Counted from the whole stretch's first letter, positions 49,986-61,160 are shown. The stretch is DNA of 62,647 nt, filler included, from Reclinomonas americana ATCC 50394 (GCA_048213135.1; 39 parts of 39 records of this genome joined end to end with filler, not necessarily neighbours in it), one strand, 5' to 3'. Made by a program: numbers and translations. The notes: generated by a model not told the origin, from the letters alone.

Positions 49986-51263
49986 TTCGTCGATGCAGTA
50001 CCTGGGGCGAGGGGAAAGAGAGTGAGACACGCTCTCTCCTCTTGATCGATCATGGTTGTAGCTCACTTGTACAACGACGGCTGATCCTGCAGCTCGCGGA
50101 GAGCACTGCGCAGTTGTGGATTGATTTCCGCAATGTCACTCTCCGCCAAGTCGCCGGCCGAGGCCGCCTGCCCGTCGGCGCCATCTTGATTTGCGCCGGC
50201 TGTCTGCGAGGCGGAGAGACGGCGCACCTCCTCGGCTGCCCACCGATACAGCAGCTGGGTGGCGGAGCTCTGCAGCTTGCCGCCGGCCATGATCATCTCG
50301 TACCTGGGACAAAAGGGAAGGGTGAAGGGGAGATGAGGGGAAAGGGGCGAGGAGTAAGAGAGGAAGAAAAGATGACGATGAAATAGCTCCAGTTCACTAC
50401 GTCGAAGGAGGAAAGCGGATGCGGAGTGAGACTAGACGGAGGAGCCAGAGACACTTCTCTAGTGCGACTAGAACTAACAATCTCGAAGGAACAAGAGCAG
50501 TTGTGGAAAGAGAATGACAGCACGTCATCTATATCCAGGGCGAAGGAAGGTGGACGAGAGGATGAGAGAGCAAAGCGCTGCTTTTCGATGGCAAGGTGAG
50601 AGTGAGATCCCACTCTCCAAATCTTTGCGTCGCTCTGCATTTTCTCCGCTCTCTCTGATTCACCCAAATCCATCTCACGTGCTGCCACAACAAACGCACT
50701 GTCACCCAGTCTTGCCTCTCAACGTTTTCTATCCTATGAGAGGAGAGCGAAAGCATGACCCTCCTGTCTCTTTCCTCTCCACCCTGCCCACTCACCCCGC
50801 CGTCTGACTGCCCGCCTGCAGCAACATGCGACTGGCCTCCATGGTGTCTCGCAGGCGCGCGAGTGCCGCAAAGAACGCGTCACTGACCGGCCCGTCGCGC
50901 AGAATCTGCTGCTCGTCGGCCGACAGCTGGAAGCGGTCGAGGAACACGCGCACAATCTCCTGCTTCTGCGTGTCCTCCTCGCACTCGCTCTTCAGCTCCT
51001 TGATGCGCTCGAGCAGTGAGCGTGTATCGGCTGTCTCCGAGGCGATCTGCTGGCCGATGCTGTCGCAGGTGCGCGACATGCTGTTGATTTCGGTTTGGAA
51101 GGATTCGACGAACTGCGGGGTGGGGAAGGGAGGGGTGAGAAAAGGAGGGGAAACGGGAAAGGGAGGAGGAAGGGGAGATTTGAATGCAACATTGTGCACG
51201 TGGCGAAAGGCGTCGACAAAGGCGCGGTGCTTGGCGAGCATGCGGCGTTCGACCTGCGAGGGG
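49986..51263 (-). CDS. COG6: Conserved oligomeric Golgi complex subunit 6 fragment, spliced
   Basis: VERRML..HRAFVDAF...FLDRFQLSADEQQILRDGPVSDAFFAALARL...QTAG|YEM...LLYRWA...ALRELQDQPSLYK|YCIDE. Confidence 0.88.
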
Positions 51264-51913
51264 GTGGGAAGGAGGAGTGGGCATGGATTTGAGAGAGAAG
51301 GGTTCAACAGGGCAGTTGCGACAAGGGCGTCAAGGACACTAAAGAAGGCACCATAGAGATCGAGTAAGCGAAACACTGCTTCGCTGCAGCTCTCTCTCTC
51401 ATCAATGTGCGAGTCGCGAGGAATCAACGGTGCAAAGGTTCGACACAGACACCACAAAGTGACTCTCTTCCCTCGCTCACCCNNNNNNNNNNNNNNNNNN
51501 NNNNNNNNNNNNNNNNNNNNNNNNNNTTAATTAATTAANNNNNNNNNNNNNNNNNNNNNNNNNNNNNNNNNNNNNNNNNNNNTGAGACATGCGGACATGT
51601 GCCGGTATGCCTGACTCTGAGGAGAACGGATGACATCTCGTTTCGGATGCGCTGTCAAGCTCGTGCGTCGGTGCGTTGTTTTGGTTCCCCGCAACTGCGG
51701 CAACTTCGCATCGCACAATACAAATTGAAAAAAATCAGCTTCTTCACCTACGGAGAAAATGAAGATCTGAATTGTCTCATCACTCTCCAGCAAGCGGTAT
51801 ATCACTGTCGACGTCAATGAAGGAGCATGGTCTACTGGCGTCTGCCTGCATGTCTGCGAGTCCACACTCTCTTCCGCGACTCCATCGCCTCGCACAATAC
51901 ATAAAAAAATACC

Positions 51914-52735
51914 TCAACACCTTCGCGGCGCCGGTGGAACCACAAATGTGTGGAATCCATATCCTTCGCCCGCATCCACGCCCTCCACTCGCACGCGACA
52001 AACCGGGCACTCGCCACTCTTGCTTGCCAGTAGCTCCGCGCACTCCCGACACAACACCTGGTGCATGCACGGACGCAGTCGCGTCTCGCGCAGTCCGTCG
52101 CACACCATGCACGCTCGCCGGCATGACAACACCGTGAGATCACTCAACTCACTCGCCAGCTGTTGCGCTGTTGGACGGCGTGCTGGTCGACCATCAAGGC
52201 ATCTGCAGATCGGTCGCTTCAGTCACGCTAGCGTGTCTCCTCGCAACACTCTCTTGAAAACTCAAGGTACCTCAGTGCCAATCGCACAATCCGCTCACAC
52301 ACAGGAGCCGGCCACGGTCGACCGACACCACTATCAGCCAGATCCACTGCAGCTTTGAGCAGTGCTTCGCCATCGACGCCATCAATGTCGTCCATCTCCT
52401 CCAACGCCTCCACTCGTCGATGCACCTCCTCAATCGGAAGACTGCTGAACACTTGCAGCAGGACGAGACCGAGCGAGAACACATCCGAACTCAGTCGTAG
52501 CTGTCCGTGCATGGCTTTGGGATCGGCGTACTTCGGGTCGCCAGCAAAGTGCACCGACAGGTGCGTCTGTGGCACGAGGAAGGAATGAGGGGAAGAAAGG
52601 AGCACTTATATGCAATGGGTAGAGTCACTCACCCCCTCAGTGCGGAACCAGTGCGCCACTCCCAGGTCCGAGATGTACGCCATTCCACTGTGGTTGAACA
52701 GAAGTTGGCTGGCTTCAAGTCACGATGGATCACTG
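51914..52735 (-). CDS. IRAK/Pelle/RLCK-like kinase domain fused to a C-terminal C3HC4 RING, spliced, 1-bp frameshift near 52705
   Basis: IHRDLKPAN/LFNHSGMAYISDLGVA...AGDPKYADP...SSDVFSLGLVLLQV...WP...LALRC...RP; CMVC...LRPCMHQVLCRECAELL...CPVCR. Confidence 0.75.
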
Positions 52736-53199
52736 AGAGAGGAAGAGAGAGAAAGTGAGTGAGTGGAACGAAATGAGCAGAGGACGGAGGACAGACACGC
52801 GTACCATTCTGCGCATCCAAACAAGCGCACAAAATAGACAGGCGTCAGTTAACAACGAGAAGATGAAGCAAACACACATGGCACATCTCGCACTCACATG
52901 CCTGCATCATCAGCAAGAACAATGTGAGTCCAAAAAACATGAAGAAGGAAACAACAAACAACGAGACATGTGACACGCAACTTGTGCAGGGAGGCAACCG
53001 CCTCGGCACATCGCAGCATGCACGTCATTCGTGCCTCAATCGACATGGCTGGCAGTCCACGCTCCGCCCACTGCAGCAGNNNNNNNNNNNNNNNNNNNNN
53101 NNNNNNNNNNNNNNNNNNNNNNNTTAATTAATTAANNNNNNNNNNNNNNNNNNNNNNNNNNNNNNNNNNNNNNNNNNNNGAACGTTAGTACGTAGGAGT

Positions 53200-53254
<55 letters not shown>

Positions 53255-53322
53255 ACGTCTGCTGTTCCCGCACGCTGCTGTTACCTCCTGGGGCTCACTG
53301 TCATGTGAATCCACCGCAGAGC

Positions 53323-54640
53323 TGATGGATACGCCGTCGGATCCGCCCATAATGTTTCCCAATTCGTTCAGCTCGGATGGCGGCGCCGCACACCTGGCCT
53401 CGCAATCGTCTGGCTCGTCGTTCACGGGGCCGAGCTCAATTCGCGCCGACCAGCAGCTGGTCATTGGCGTTGATTCAGCGCCGCGCGACGAGCCGGGCAC
53501 GTGGGGTGTGCCGGCGACGCCAAGCGCCGGCAACTCGTTTGACGACGACGGGTTGTTTGCGCAGCACGCCGTGTTCCACATTGATCCGGAGCTTGATCGA
53601 CAGTCCATGAGCATCCTCAGTGGCACACGGAACAACTCTTCCGATTCGTCCTCGAATGGTGGCGGGAGCGCTCGGTCGCACGACGGCAGCAGCGGTGTCG
53701 GTGCGGAAGACGGAGGCAGCGATCGTTCCAGCCTCGCAGGTGACGAGACCATGTCAGCCTCGATGGCGTCGTCGTCGTTCTTGCCGTCGCCATTGTCGGG
53801 CTGCAGTAGCATTCCTCGCGACCGCTCGGCACCGTGCGCTGTGCCCACCAGCGGCTATGCCGCGCACGCGCACGCTCACAGTCACAATCACAGCCACATG
53901 GCGGCGGCGGCGGCAACGGCGGCCAGCGGCGGTGCAGAGCCGTCGTCCACCACATCGCACTCCCTGCCGCATCAGCCGTCATTCATGCCTGCCGCCACAC
54001 GGTATCGCTCGTCGGAGGCTGTCGCGGCCGCGGCCACGGCAGCCGTGGAGCCGCACGCGGCACAGCATCACGCGCACCCCAGCCACTTGCATGTGCAATT
54101 CCAGTCGGCACCACTCCATCACAGCCACAGTCGACCGGCCTTGCAACACATGATGCACCATCACGCGGTGCCGCATGGCGCGTTGTCGGTGGTGGGTGGT
54201 GCTGGTGGAACGACGAGCGGCGTTGCGGGTGGTGACATTGCGCGGGTGCGTGGTGCCGGCCAGTTGCATTCGGTGGCTTCGGCAGTCACCCTCCGTGAGG
54301 TCGAAGGACCGCCGACGATGCCGACCGAAGACAGTTCGCCAACAAGCGCGCCACCCAGCGCGCCACCCAGCTCGCAACCGGAGGAGCTGGCCATGCCTGT
54401 GCCGGAGAATGGCTACGTGGGTGCCGACGCGAGCGATGCGCCGTCGTCGGCCAGTGGACTCTCTTCGCCACCGGAGGCCATGTTGGCGCGCTCTCGACAG
54501 CCTCCACCGCCGCTGACCTCGGCGCTGCGTTCCTCCGCCATTGTACCAACTCGGCCGAGGTTACCGACGCGGTATGCGGACGAGTTCCGCTGGGTCGAGT
54601 ACGACGTTGACGAGAACACGGTGCTGTACCCGATGGTGCG
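53323..54640 (+). CDS. Low-complexity Ser/His/Pro-rich N-terminal exon of a larger protein
   Basis: More than 400 open codons ending FRWVEYDVDENTVLYPM at a GTGCGT donor. Confidence 0.5.
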
Positions 54641-55044
54641 TGCGACATGATCATTTTTTCGCAGTGTTATTATTNNNNNNNNNNNNNNNNNNNNNNNNNN
54701 NNNNNNNNNNNNNNNNNNTTAATTAATTAANNNNNNNNNNNNNNNNNNNNNNNNNNNNNNNNNNNNNNNNNNNNTCGTCGGCGTCGTCTGCCGCTGGTGG
54801 TGGCAGTCTGATTGATGGCTTTGGCAGCTTTGGCTCCTTCCGTCCGGCAGCTACCGGGGCGCCGCCGCCCTCGTCGGCCCCAGGTGCACCACTCGGTGGT
54901 CGCATGCCATCTCATCAGTCGCCTCGATAGACGACGACGACGACGACGACTCGGGATTGATGTTGTTGTATGCCAGTGAAGAAAAGAAGGAATGACGAGC
55001 ATTTCACTATTCATGTGCCTCTGTGTGTGTGTGTGTGTGCGTGC

Positions 55045-56099
55045 TCACGGAGCAGCAACGGCAGCACGCAGTTCACCGCGCACAATCTCCAGCAGCTGAC
55101 CAATGGTGTTCTTGCCGACGGGAATGCCACTGCCGGCGTTGATACCCGCCCAGAGATTGGTATCGAGGAGCACGAGCTGCTTGTCGCCAGTCTCCAACAG
55201 CTGCGCCGCCAGCTCAGCATGCTGCGTGAACTTGGCGCGCAGACCCGTGAGAGCAATGTCGCGTTTGACGTCGTCCCAGTCCTCCCGCAGACCCTCGTTG
55301 GGCGCGCCGCCGAGTTGGTGAGCGTCGTCCACCGATTTTGCGGTGCGGATGCTTTCTGCAATCGCCGCGTTGCCGGCGGCGTACTTGCTCCATTGCCTGC
55401 ATTCAGAGGGGAGGAGTGATGATGTGTGGCACGATACAAGAGAGTGCAGAGCGAGTGCACACGCACCAAAAGTGCTCGACCGTGGGGAACTCGAGTCCAT
55501 CGATCGTGATTGGCGAGGCGGAAAAGTTCGAAAATGGCTGCAGTTAAAGGGATGTGAGGGGACTGGGATCAACATGAATGCGCTGCTGTGCGACTGACCT
55601 GCGAGTAGGTGTTGTCTGTATCGCGCATACACTCGTGAGCAGCAGATCTACACAGAAGAAGATGAAGAAGAGAGGGACGCAACAGAAAGGAAACACATTC
55701 GGTGACGTCAAGTCGAGTCGATCCTCGGGTGGCGCATCGTCGCCGGCCTCCACAATCTCCACCTCCGAGCACGTGTACATGAAGTCATCGCTGTGCTCCA
55801 CCTCGCCGCAGTGCATCTGGAATGCATCGCCATCTGTGCACAAACACAAAAAAAGCATTCAGCACATCACCACACTCGAGGTGAGCGGTCCGACACTGAC
55901 CGTCGAGCAGCGCGCCACACCCGTCGCATTTGATCATCTTGCGTCGTCGTTCACGCAGCTTGCGCTCGGCTTCCTCACGTGCCTGTCGCGCCAACTCCAC
56001 ACACATGGCCACAATCACCTCGTGGTTCTCATCGTCGAGTGCATGCAATCGCTTCTCCTCGTCCACCGAGGCCTCGGAGCTCGACGCAGTGACCAGGGG
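55045..56099 (-). CDS. OTU1/YOD1-like C-terminus plus C2H2 zinc finger fused to a NADAR (YbiA/RibX) domain; 5 exons visible, 5' truncated
   Basis: Exons 56099-55901, 55833-55684, 55615-55599, 55537-55467, 55396-55045 splice GT-AG in phase to give PLVT...ELARQAR...IKCDGCGALLDDGDAFQMHCGEVEH...VFPFYNTYSQPFSNFSASPITIDGLEFPTVEHFWQWSKY...LREDWDDVKRDI...AKFTQH..L...LLETGD...W...GKNTIGQLLEIVR. Confidence 0.85.
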
Positions 56100-56371
56100 C
56101 TGCGGAGGAATCCCCACAAGGAGAGGTGGGTGAAGGAGGAGGAGGAGGAGAAGGAGATGGGAGAGGAGAAGGAGGAGGGCGAGGAGGAGGAGGAGGAGGA
56201 GGAGGAGGAGGAGGAGGAGGAGGAGGAGGAGGAGAAGTAGAAGACGGAGAGCAGAAGAGGGAAGAAGAAGANNNNNNNNNNNNNNNNNNNNNNNNNNNNN
56301 NNNNNNNNNNNNNNNTTAATTAATTAANNNNNNNNNNNNNNNNNNNNNNNNNNNNNNNNNNNNNNNNNNNN

Positions 56372-57301
56372 AAAAACAATTGGAGGAACAGAACCCGACC
56401 CGCTTGCTGGGCCACGAGGAGAAACAATAGGGGAAACAACAGGAGAAGAAAATGGAGTAGAAGCAGTAGATGCAGTAGAATCCTTATACTTTTTAGAAGA
56501 TATTGCCCGTTTATACCAATTATTTATTTGTTTGGTTGTCGAAGCTGGATCAAGTGCTTTTAATTTTAATCCATCTGTATAATATGTAGATAGAAATAGT
56601 CTTTTATCTTCAATTGTCTTGGCACTAAAACCAGATGCAGGTTCAGGTTCAGCTACAGTTTTAGATTGTTTCATTTCTTTTTTCAAACGTTTGTTTGTTA
56701 TTGTTTCTAACCTTTTTAGAGTTGCAGGACCTTTTTTCTTCAAGTAGTTTTGATAATATTCTTCTGGATTTTCCAAGTATTTATTAATTCTAGGCTCTGT
56801 AGCTTTAATGCCAAATGATTGAATGAGAGTTTTAGCCTGTTGTCTTTTTAATATTTCAGGATCAACAGGTTTAAGAACGACACTAGCAGGTCGTTGCACA
56901 ACCGGAACAGGTGGAGGAACAGTCTTTTGCCCCCTTTTTAATTCATATTTTGTAAGCAAATCTAATTCTTTCTGTGATGTTCTAGGATCTCTCTTTTTAG
57001 ATGCAACATAGTTATTAAAATCACCATTTGACAAAGATAACAACTTATCTTCTTCATCAGCTAATTTCTTTTTAGCTTTATCATATTTTGCTTCATTAAT
57101 TACCTTTTGCATTTGTTCTTGATCAATCTTTTTACGCTTTTGAACTCTATCGTTCAAGTCTTGAATTCTTCTTTGTTGACCCTTTCTTAAATCGTTAGGA
57201 TCATTATTTATTCTCTGTGGAGTCTTTCTTTCTTGTAATACTTTACTAAAGTACTCTCTAATCTCGGCATTGCTTGAGCCTTTCTTAGGGTATCCACTCA
57301 T
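56372..57301 (-). CDS. Lys-rich orphan protein (>310 aa), intronless, AT-rich virus-like contig, 3' truncated
   Basis: ATG at 57301, uninterrupted ORF, A/T-ending codons unlike host contigs. Confidence 0.8.
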
Positions 57302-57318
57302 TATAATATACTTAGAAA

Positions 57319-57741
57319 TTATCTTTTACTAAGTCTTAATTTCAATCTTTCTAACGGTGTCAAATTCTTTTCGTCTAGTTCTATTTCCATTTGTTTTAGT
57401 ATCCTTTCCTCTTCTTTTATAGCTTGTTTTTCTTCCTTTGTTTTATGTTCAACATCAATAGGCTTTTTTAATTCAACAACTGTAGGTTCTTCTTTTTCAA
57501 ATTCCTTATGAGTTTCTTGAAGTTTCTTATATTCAAATGAATTTATTTTATCTTGCATCTTCATTATTGTATCACTCATGTTCCTTATTAATGCGTCATG
57601 CTGATCCTTTTTAGCTTTGTCTTCAGCTAGTTTTTGTTTTCTTTTCTCTTGCCCTTTTTTAAGGTTATCGAGTTGAGCTTGTGACATATTTCTTTTCTTT
57701 TTTATTGCGGTAACTTGAATAGGTGCATTAATTTCTTGCAT
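57319..57741 (-). CDS. 140-aa basic coiled-coil orphan protein, virus-like contig
   Basis: Complete ORF; KKKRNMSQAQLDNLKKGQEKRKQK; only 17 bp to the next ATG. Confidence 0.8.
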   Translation of the reverse strand: MQEINAPIQVTAIKKKRNMSQAQLDNLKKGQEKRKQKLAEDKAKKDQHDALIRNMSDTIMKMQDKINSFEYKKLQETHKEFEKEEPTVVELKKPIDVEHKTKEEKQAIKEEERILKQMEIELDEKNLTPLERLKLRLSKR

Positions 57742-57776
57742 CTTATATAATAGTTTGCGAAAATAATTAACGGAAA

Positions 57777-57868
57777 CTAGAAGGCATCATCACTGAATTC
57801 AAGAACAAATGAATAATGTTTATTGTTTAATTTAATCTTATTGCCCCATACATCAGTTAAACTGAATT
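57777..57868 (-). CDS. Putative minor capsid (penton, single jelly-roll) protein C-terminus, 5' truncated; not in the ORF track
   Basis: Minus-strand translation FSLTDVWGNKIKLNNKHYSFVLEFSDDAF* fits the terminal xxLxDxxGxxxxLNxxxxSFxLEF pattern of PLV/Polinton/virophage/NCLDV pentons; only 29 aa visible. Confidence 0.6.
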
Positions 57869-57983
57869 NNNNNNNNNNNNNNNNNNNNNNNNNNNNNNNN
57901 NNNNNNNNNNNNTTAATTAATTAANNNNNNNNNNNNNNNNNNNNNNNNNNNNNNNNNNNNNNNNNNNNTCGTGCGCGCACACA

Positions 57984-58542
57984 GGCCACCTCCACTGAAG
58001 TCGAAGACAGGTTCGCAGAAAAATCGCGCGGGAGTTGATCACTCTCTCTCTCTCACTCTTTCTTTCTCTCTTTCTCTCACACGCATACACAGCCTCAACA
58101 AGCTGATGCACAACCGCAACATTGCTGGCTACATCGTGGCCAACAATCAAGGCATCAATCTCAAGTCACAATTCACAGACGAGACGTTGCCGTTGCGCTT
58201 TCTCTCTCTCTCTCACTCACACTCTGTCTCTGCATTCTCCACTCACCTTCTCCCCCCTCTCATGTAGTGACGGAGGGCGAACAGCTGGTCTGCTGGTGGG
58301 TGTCATTGAGTCGGCCAAAAAGGCCCTGCGCATCATTCGCGATCTGCCGCCATCAGCACCGGTGCGTGTGGCTGTCCTCTTTGCTACAGGCAGGCAGGTT
58401 AGGTGGGCTCACACATGCGTAGGACACACCCGACACTGAGATTGTCAACATTCGGATCCGAACGCAAAAGTACGAGTACATTGTGGTGCCGACGGGGGAG
58501 GTGGCGTTGACGGTGATCCAGAGCGGTGGCGCCGCTCGCTGA
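57984..58542 (+). CDS. DYNLRB: Dynein light chain Roadblock/LC7, spliced, 5' truncated
   Basis: TEVEDR|LNKLMHNRNIAGYIVANNQGINLKSQF...AKKALRIIRD...IRIRTQKYEYIVVP...LTVIQ*. Confidence 0.82.
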
Positions 58543-58929
58543 GCGGCCTGTACATTCTTTGAGGGGTTGGGAGTTGACTGACGCGCGCACTCAGCAACAC
58601 AATGAAGCCCGTCAGCCCATTTCACGACATGTCTTTCACAATCATTGCAGCAGCAGCAGCTTGTCGACGACGAGTACCTCTGCTGTGCTTCAAGTGGGCG
58701 GCGGCTGCGGTGGATATGATGGATACGGGTTGCTTGGAGGTGTTGGCCTGTGGTGGTGTATGGATGAGAGAGAGACACACAGGACATCGATATGATTGCG
58801 TTGTGTGATACACACCGGGTGCTCGCTTGCTGTGCTGGTGTCGGGATGCCGACGGCTGCCAGGTTGACGCCAGGGGGTGGAGTAGGGCGCGGACCTTGTT
58901 GCATGTTGCTGTGATGGAGAGGGAAGGGG

Positions 58930-59464
58930 CAAGAAGAAGAAGGATGGCACACAGAATGAGAAACAATTCAGCGTATAAGAAGGCCAGTGGTTGAAGAGGG
59001 AGAAGAAGGAGGACGGCACACAGAATGAGAAACAATGCAGCGTATAAGAAGGCCAGAAGTGGAGAAGAAGAAGGAGGACGGCACACAGGATGAGAATAAT
59101 GCAGCGCATTCGAGGCGTGAATGAGGGAGATAAAGAAGGATGACACACAAGATGAGAAACAATGCAGCGAATAAATAGGCCAGAGGTGGACAGGATGAGA
59201 AAAATGCAGTGCATTCGAGGCATGACGAAGCAGGGACGGCACGCGGGATGAGAAATATGCAGCGTATAAGACGGCCAGTGGTGGAGGTGGGAGAAGAAGA
59301 ACGGATGCCACCCAAAATGAGAAACAATGCGCGAAAGAGAACGCCAGTGGTGAGAGAGGGAGATCAAGAAGGGTTGACAAGTAGAGTGAGAACAATACAG
59401 TGTACAACAAAGCAAGAGGTGGAGGTGGGAGAACAAGAAGGACGACGGCAGGAGGAGAAAATGC
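58930..59464. repeat. Degenerate tandem repeat, ~60-70-bp unit
   Basis: Core GCACACAGAATGAGAAACAATGCAGCGTATAAGAAGGCCAG recurs with decay (core starts near 58947, 59016, 59081, 59143 and later). Confidence 0.8.
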
Positions 59465-59564
59465 NNNNNNNNNNNNNNNNNNNNNNNNNNNNNNNNNNNN
59501 NNNNNNNNTTAATTAATTAANNNNNNNNNNNNNNNNNNNNNNNNNNNNNNNNNNNNNNNNNNNN

Positions 59565-61060
59565 CCCCCCTTCCTTTCCCCCTTCTCCACCCTCGCACGC
59601 AACTGGTGTTGTGAATGGTCTGCATCATCGATATCCGGTCAGCAGCCGTGGCCGAGTTGGTCGACGTGGCAGTGGCGTACACCTGGTACGTGTACGACGT
59701 GTTGGCCGTCAGCGTAGTGTCGGCAGTGTAAGCAGCGGTAGTCGCCCAGCCAGCCGGCAGCGGCACCGTGGCCACAGACACGGGGGTCGCGCTAGCGCTG
59801 GCCACGGAAAATAGTGAACGCAGTCACGGCGTTGGAGCCAAAGTTCTGCGGGATGACCCACTGCAGGAAGATGTTGGTCAGGCCGTACTGCGTCACCGCC
59901 AGGTTGGTCGGCGGGCTCGGCACGACACCGGTGGCAGCCGGAGTGGTGAAGTTGATGGCAGTGCTGAACGCGCACGTCACCGGGTTGGCGACAGTGCCAG
60001 CCGGGTTGAAGGGCGACGTCGGGAAGGCAATCGAGAACTGGTTGCTGGCGCAGATCTGCAGGTTGACCGAGGTGCCAGCCGGCAGGCCAGTCACGTCAAT
60101 GTAGTAGGTCGACAGGTTGTTGTTCCACGACGCCGCAGTACCGCTGCCGTTGGTGGACGGGAACGAGCTGGTGTCAATGTTGACGGCAGAGCCGGCAGTG
60201 GCAGCTGTCACCGACGAGGCGCTGGTGGTCGAGTACAACACACGGTAGGCGCTCACGTTCGGGGTCGGGGTCGTCACGTTGCCCTGAGTGGCGCTCGAGG
60301 TGGCAGTGTTGGAGCCGCCGACGCTGATTGGGGTCGAGAAGTTCAGGCGCACGCCAGTCGAGAACAGGCGCGAGTACGCCACGTTGGTGGGCGCAGCCGG
60401 CACGGAGCCGTTGTTGTCGGTGGTGGCCTGGATCGAGCCGGCCGCCGAGGCAGCGGTGTTGTTGTTGACTGTCACCTTGATCTTGGTCGTGTACTGCGTG
60501 GCCGCCACAAAGTTGGTGATGGCGTTGTTCATCGTGAAGCCGGTGATCAGCACAAAGACGCCAGAGGTGTACGAGAACAGGCCGAAGAACGACGTGGCGA
60601 GCGTGCCAGAGCCAGTCGCGCCGGTGGTGATGGCAGGCTGGTCAGTGCTGACATTGGGCACCGTGTAGGCGGCAGTCGGCGCAGCGGTAGTGTCGCCAGT
60701 GCCAAAGGTGGCCGGGTAGTTGAAGGCGACGACAAACGACGTCGAAGTGACCTGATCCACAGAGCCAGTGTACGGAGACGCAGTGTAGCCAGTCGGCGTG
60801 GCCGACGCACCCGACGCCAGAGTCACCGTCACGGCAGTCGAGAACGTCAGGCTGGCACCGTTGGCACCCGGAGTGCCGCTGCCGTTATTGTAGGCCGCCG
60901 TCAGGCAAGTTACCTCGACGAGCACGCGGTTGCGCGACGTGCCAGCGCTGCCGGTCGGGATGCCAAAGTCGGTCAGGTCGGAAATGGTGGTGACCAGTCA
61001 CTGCACCGCCGCCGCAGTCCGACTTGACGTACCACGTGGCAGCGCCAATCATGCCCACAT
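59565..61060 (-). pseudogene. Thr/Ala/Asn-rich FN3-repeat surface-type protein, copy B, frameshifted
   Basis: Colinear with 40401-41902; open from 60925 to 59792; 2-bp deletion near 60997 relative to copy A and the same shift near 59810. Confidence 0.6.
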
Positions 61061-61160
61061 NNNNNNNNNNNNNNNNNNNNNNNNNNNNNNNNNNNNNNNN
61101 NNNNTTAATTAATTAANNNNNNNNNNNNNNNNNNNNNNNNNNNNNNNNNNNNNNNNNNNN

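Noticed and set aside
54775..57868. NADAR gene and virus-like genes as one linked system
   Set aside because: They are on different contigs separated by a linker and differ in composition; adjacency reflects size sorting only.
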